NCBI GenBank assembly: GCA_002385605.1 | Contig: DGDU01000033.1 | Span: 13,587-77,586, forward strand | DNA: 64,000 bases | Source: Christensenella sp. UBA3944 | GTDB lineage: Bacteria > Bacillota > Clostridia > Christensenellales > DTU072 | Direction of reading: 5' to 3' | In this document: piece by piece, positions 63,189 to 64,000 of the stretch | Position numbering within the stretch: the first letter of the stretch is position 1 | How the letters are laid out: every line of letters begins with the position of its first letter | Notes under the pieces: generated by a model | What the model saw: the letters and a program-made list of their open reading frames with translations, nothing else | The model's database searches: none | Told to the model about the DNA's origin: nothing | Translations under genes and position numbers: made by a program

Positions 63189-64000
63189 TTATTTGCAGCT
63201 TTCGACGATCTCTTTGGACTCGCGGGCTATCATAAGCTCTTCATTGGTGGGTATGACTACGACTTTTACCTTGGATTCGGGCTTGGTCAGCACCGAGAAT
63301 TTGCCTCTCGGGGCCTTTTCGTTGAAGTCGAAGTCGAAGTCTATGCCGAGGTGCTCAAGCCCCTGCATAATCAGTTTTCTGGCGTAGGCGGCGTTTTCGC
63401 CTATGCCGCCCGTAAACACTACGCAGTCCAGCCCGCCCATGGCGGCAAAGTAACCGCCGATATACTTCTTTATGCGATAGGCAAACAGGTTGGCGGCAAG
63501 CTGCGCCCTCTCGTCCCCCGCTTCGCAGCGTGCGGTTATGTCCCTGAAATCGGTTACGCCGGCAAGCCCGAGAAAGCCGCAACACTTGTTAAGGTACGAA
63601 ACGACATCTGCGGCCGATATGTTCTTTTGTTCGGCAAGAAAGCCTACAACGGCGGCGTCGATATCGCCGCTTCTTGTGCCCATAACCATGCCCTCAAGCG
63701 GGGTAAAGCCCATGGAAGTATCCACGCATTTGCCGTCCACCACGGCGGCAAGCGAGCTGCCGTTGCCCAGGTGGCAGGTTATAACCTTGCTCTTGTCCTG
63801 TCCCAGGAACTTTATGGCCTCCTGCGAAACATACTTGTGAGAGGTGCCGTGGAAGCCGTACTTCCTCACTTTATACTTCTTGTAGTCCTCGTAGTCGATG
63901 GCGTACATATATGCGTAATCGGGCATCGTCGAGTGGAAAACCGTATCGAACACAGCCACATTGGGTACGCCGGGCATCAGCTTGCGGCAGCTGTCTATGC
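63189..64000 (-). CDS. ackA: acetate kinase, C-terminal two-thirds; the gene continues past the window end
   Basis: VAVFDTVFHSTMP and YGFHGTSH motifs. The frame stays open to position 64000. Confidence 0.95.
   Translation of the reverse strand, partial: IDSCRKLMPGVPNVAVFDTVFHSTMPDYAYMYAIDYEDYKKYKVRKYGFHGTSHKYVSQEAIKFLGQDKSKVITCHLGNGSSLAAVVDGKCVDTSMGFTPLEGMVMGTRSGDIDAAVVGFLAEQKNISAADVVSYLNKCCGFLGLAGVTDFRDITARCEAGDERAQLAANLFAYRIKKYIGGYFAAMGGLDCVVFTGGIGENAAYARKLIMQGLEHLGIDFDFDFNEKAPRGKFSVLTKPESKVKVVVIPTNEELMIARESKEIVESCK

Overview
The window looks like a core chromosomal segment of a Bacillota (Clostridia-like) genome. It holds about 55 protein genes, no rRNA or tRNA genes, no CRISPR array and no recognisable mobile-element genes. 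Almost everything is on the minus strand. In descending coordinates the order is: ackA, rpmF, plsX, rnc, a 3788-aa lipoprotein, smc, ftsY, ylxM, ffh, rpsP, a KH protein, rimM, trmD, rbgA, rnhB, yraN, rplS, a 757-aa polytopic membrane lipoprotein, comM/yifB, dprA, topA, trmFO, hslV, hslU, hisS, aspS, an RseC-like gene, glyA, nifS, nifU. After a small plus-strand islet it continues: lepA, hemW, hrcA-grpE-dnaK-dnaJ (with a CIRCE operator), prmA, rsmE, mtaB, a HIT gene. After a second plus-strand islet come a 923-aa ATPase/TPR/SARP-type regulator, a SAM methyltransferase, an RluA-family synthase, then a DUF3343-like gene, nth, obg, a hypothetical gene and the 5' end of dnaG. Plus-strand islets hold rpsU, a group-II cysteine desulfurase-like gene, two small ORFs (one about 18 percent Met) and a GDPD phosphodiesterase followed by an unlisted 37-codon ORF. 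The points most worth follow-up are these. (1) A regulator with P-loop ATPase, TPR-like repeats and a C-terminal winged-helix plus BTAD (SARP) module. Its divergent intergenic region carries three GTAAAWT heptamers at exact 11-bp spacing, and next to it are two uncharacterised small genes. (2) An 11.4-kb gene for a lipobox-anchored protein with Flg_new repeats and BspA-type LRRs, sitting inside the normally contiguous rnc-smc-ftsY unit, with a higher-order motif that recurs 17 times. (3) A 23-bp tandem array of palindrome-containing repeats between hemW and the hrcA promoter. (4) rplS displaced behind yraN, with a structured leader. (5) dnaG has no canonical start codon in its open frame. All family calls come from reading motifs in the supplied translations. 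No database search was run.
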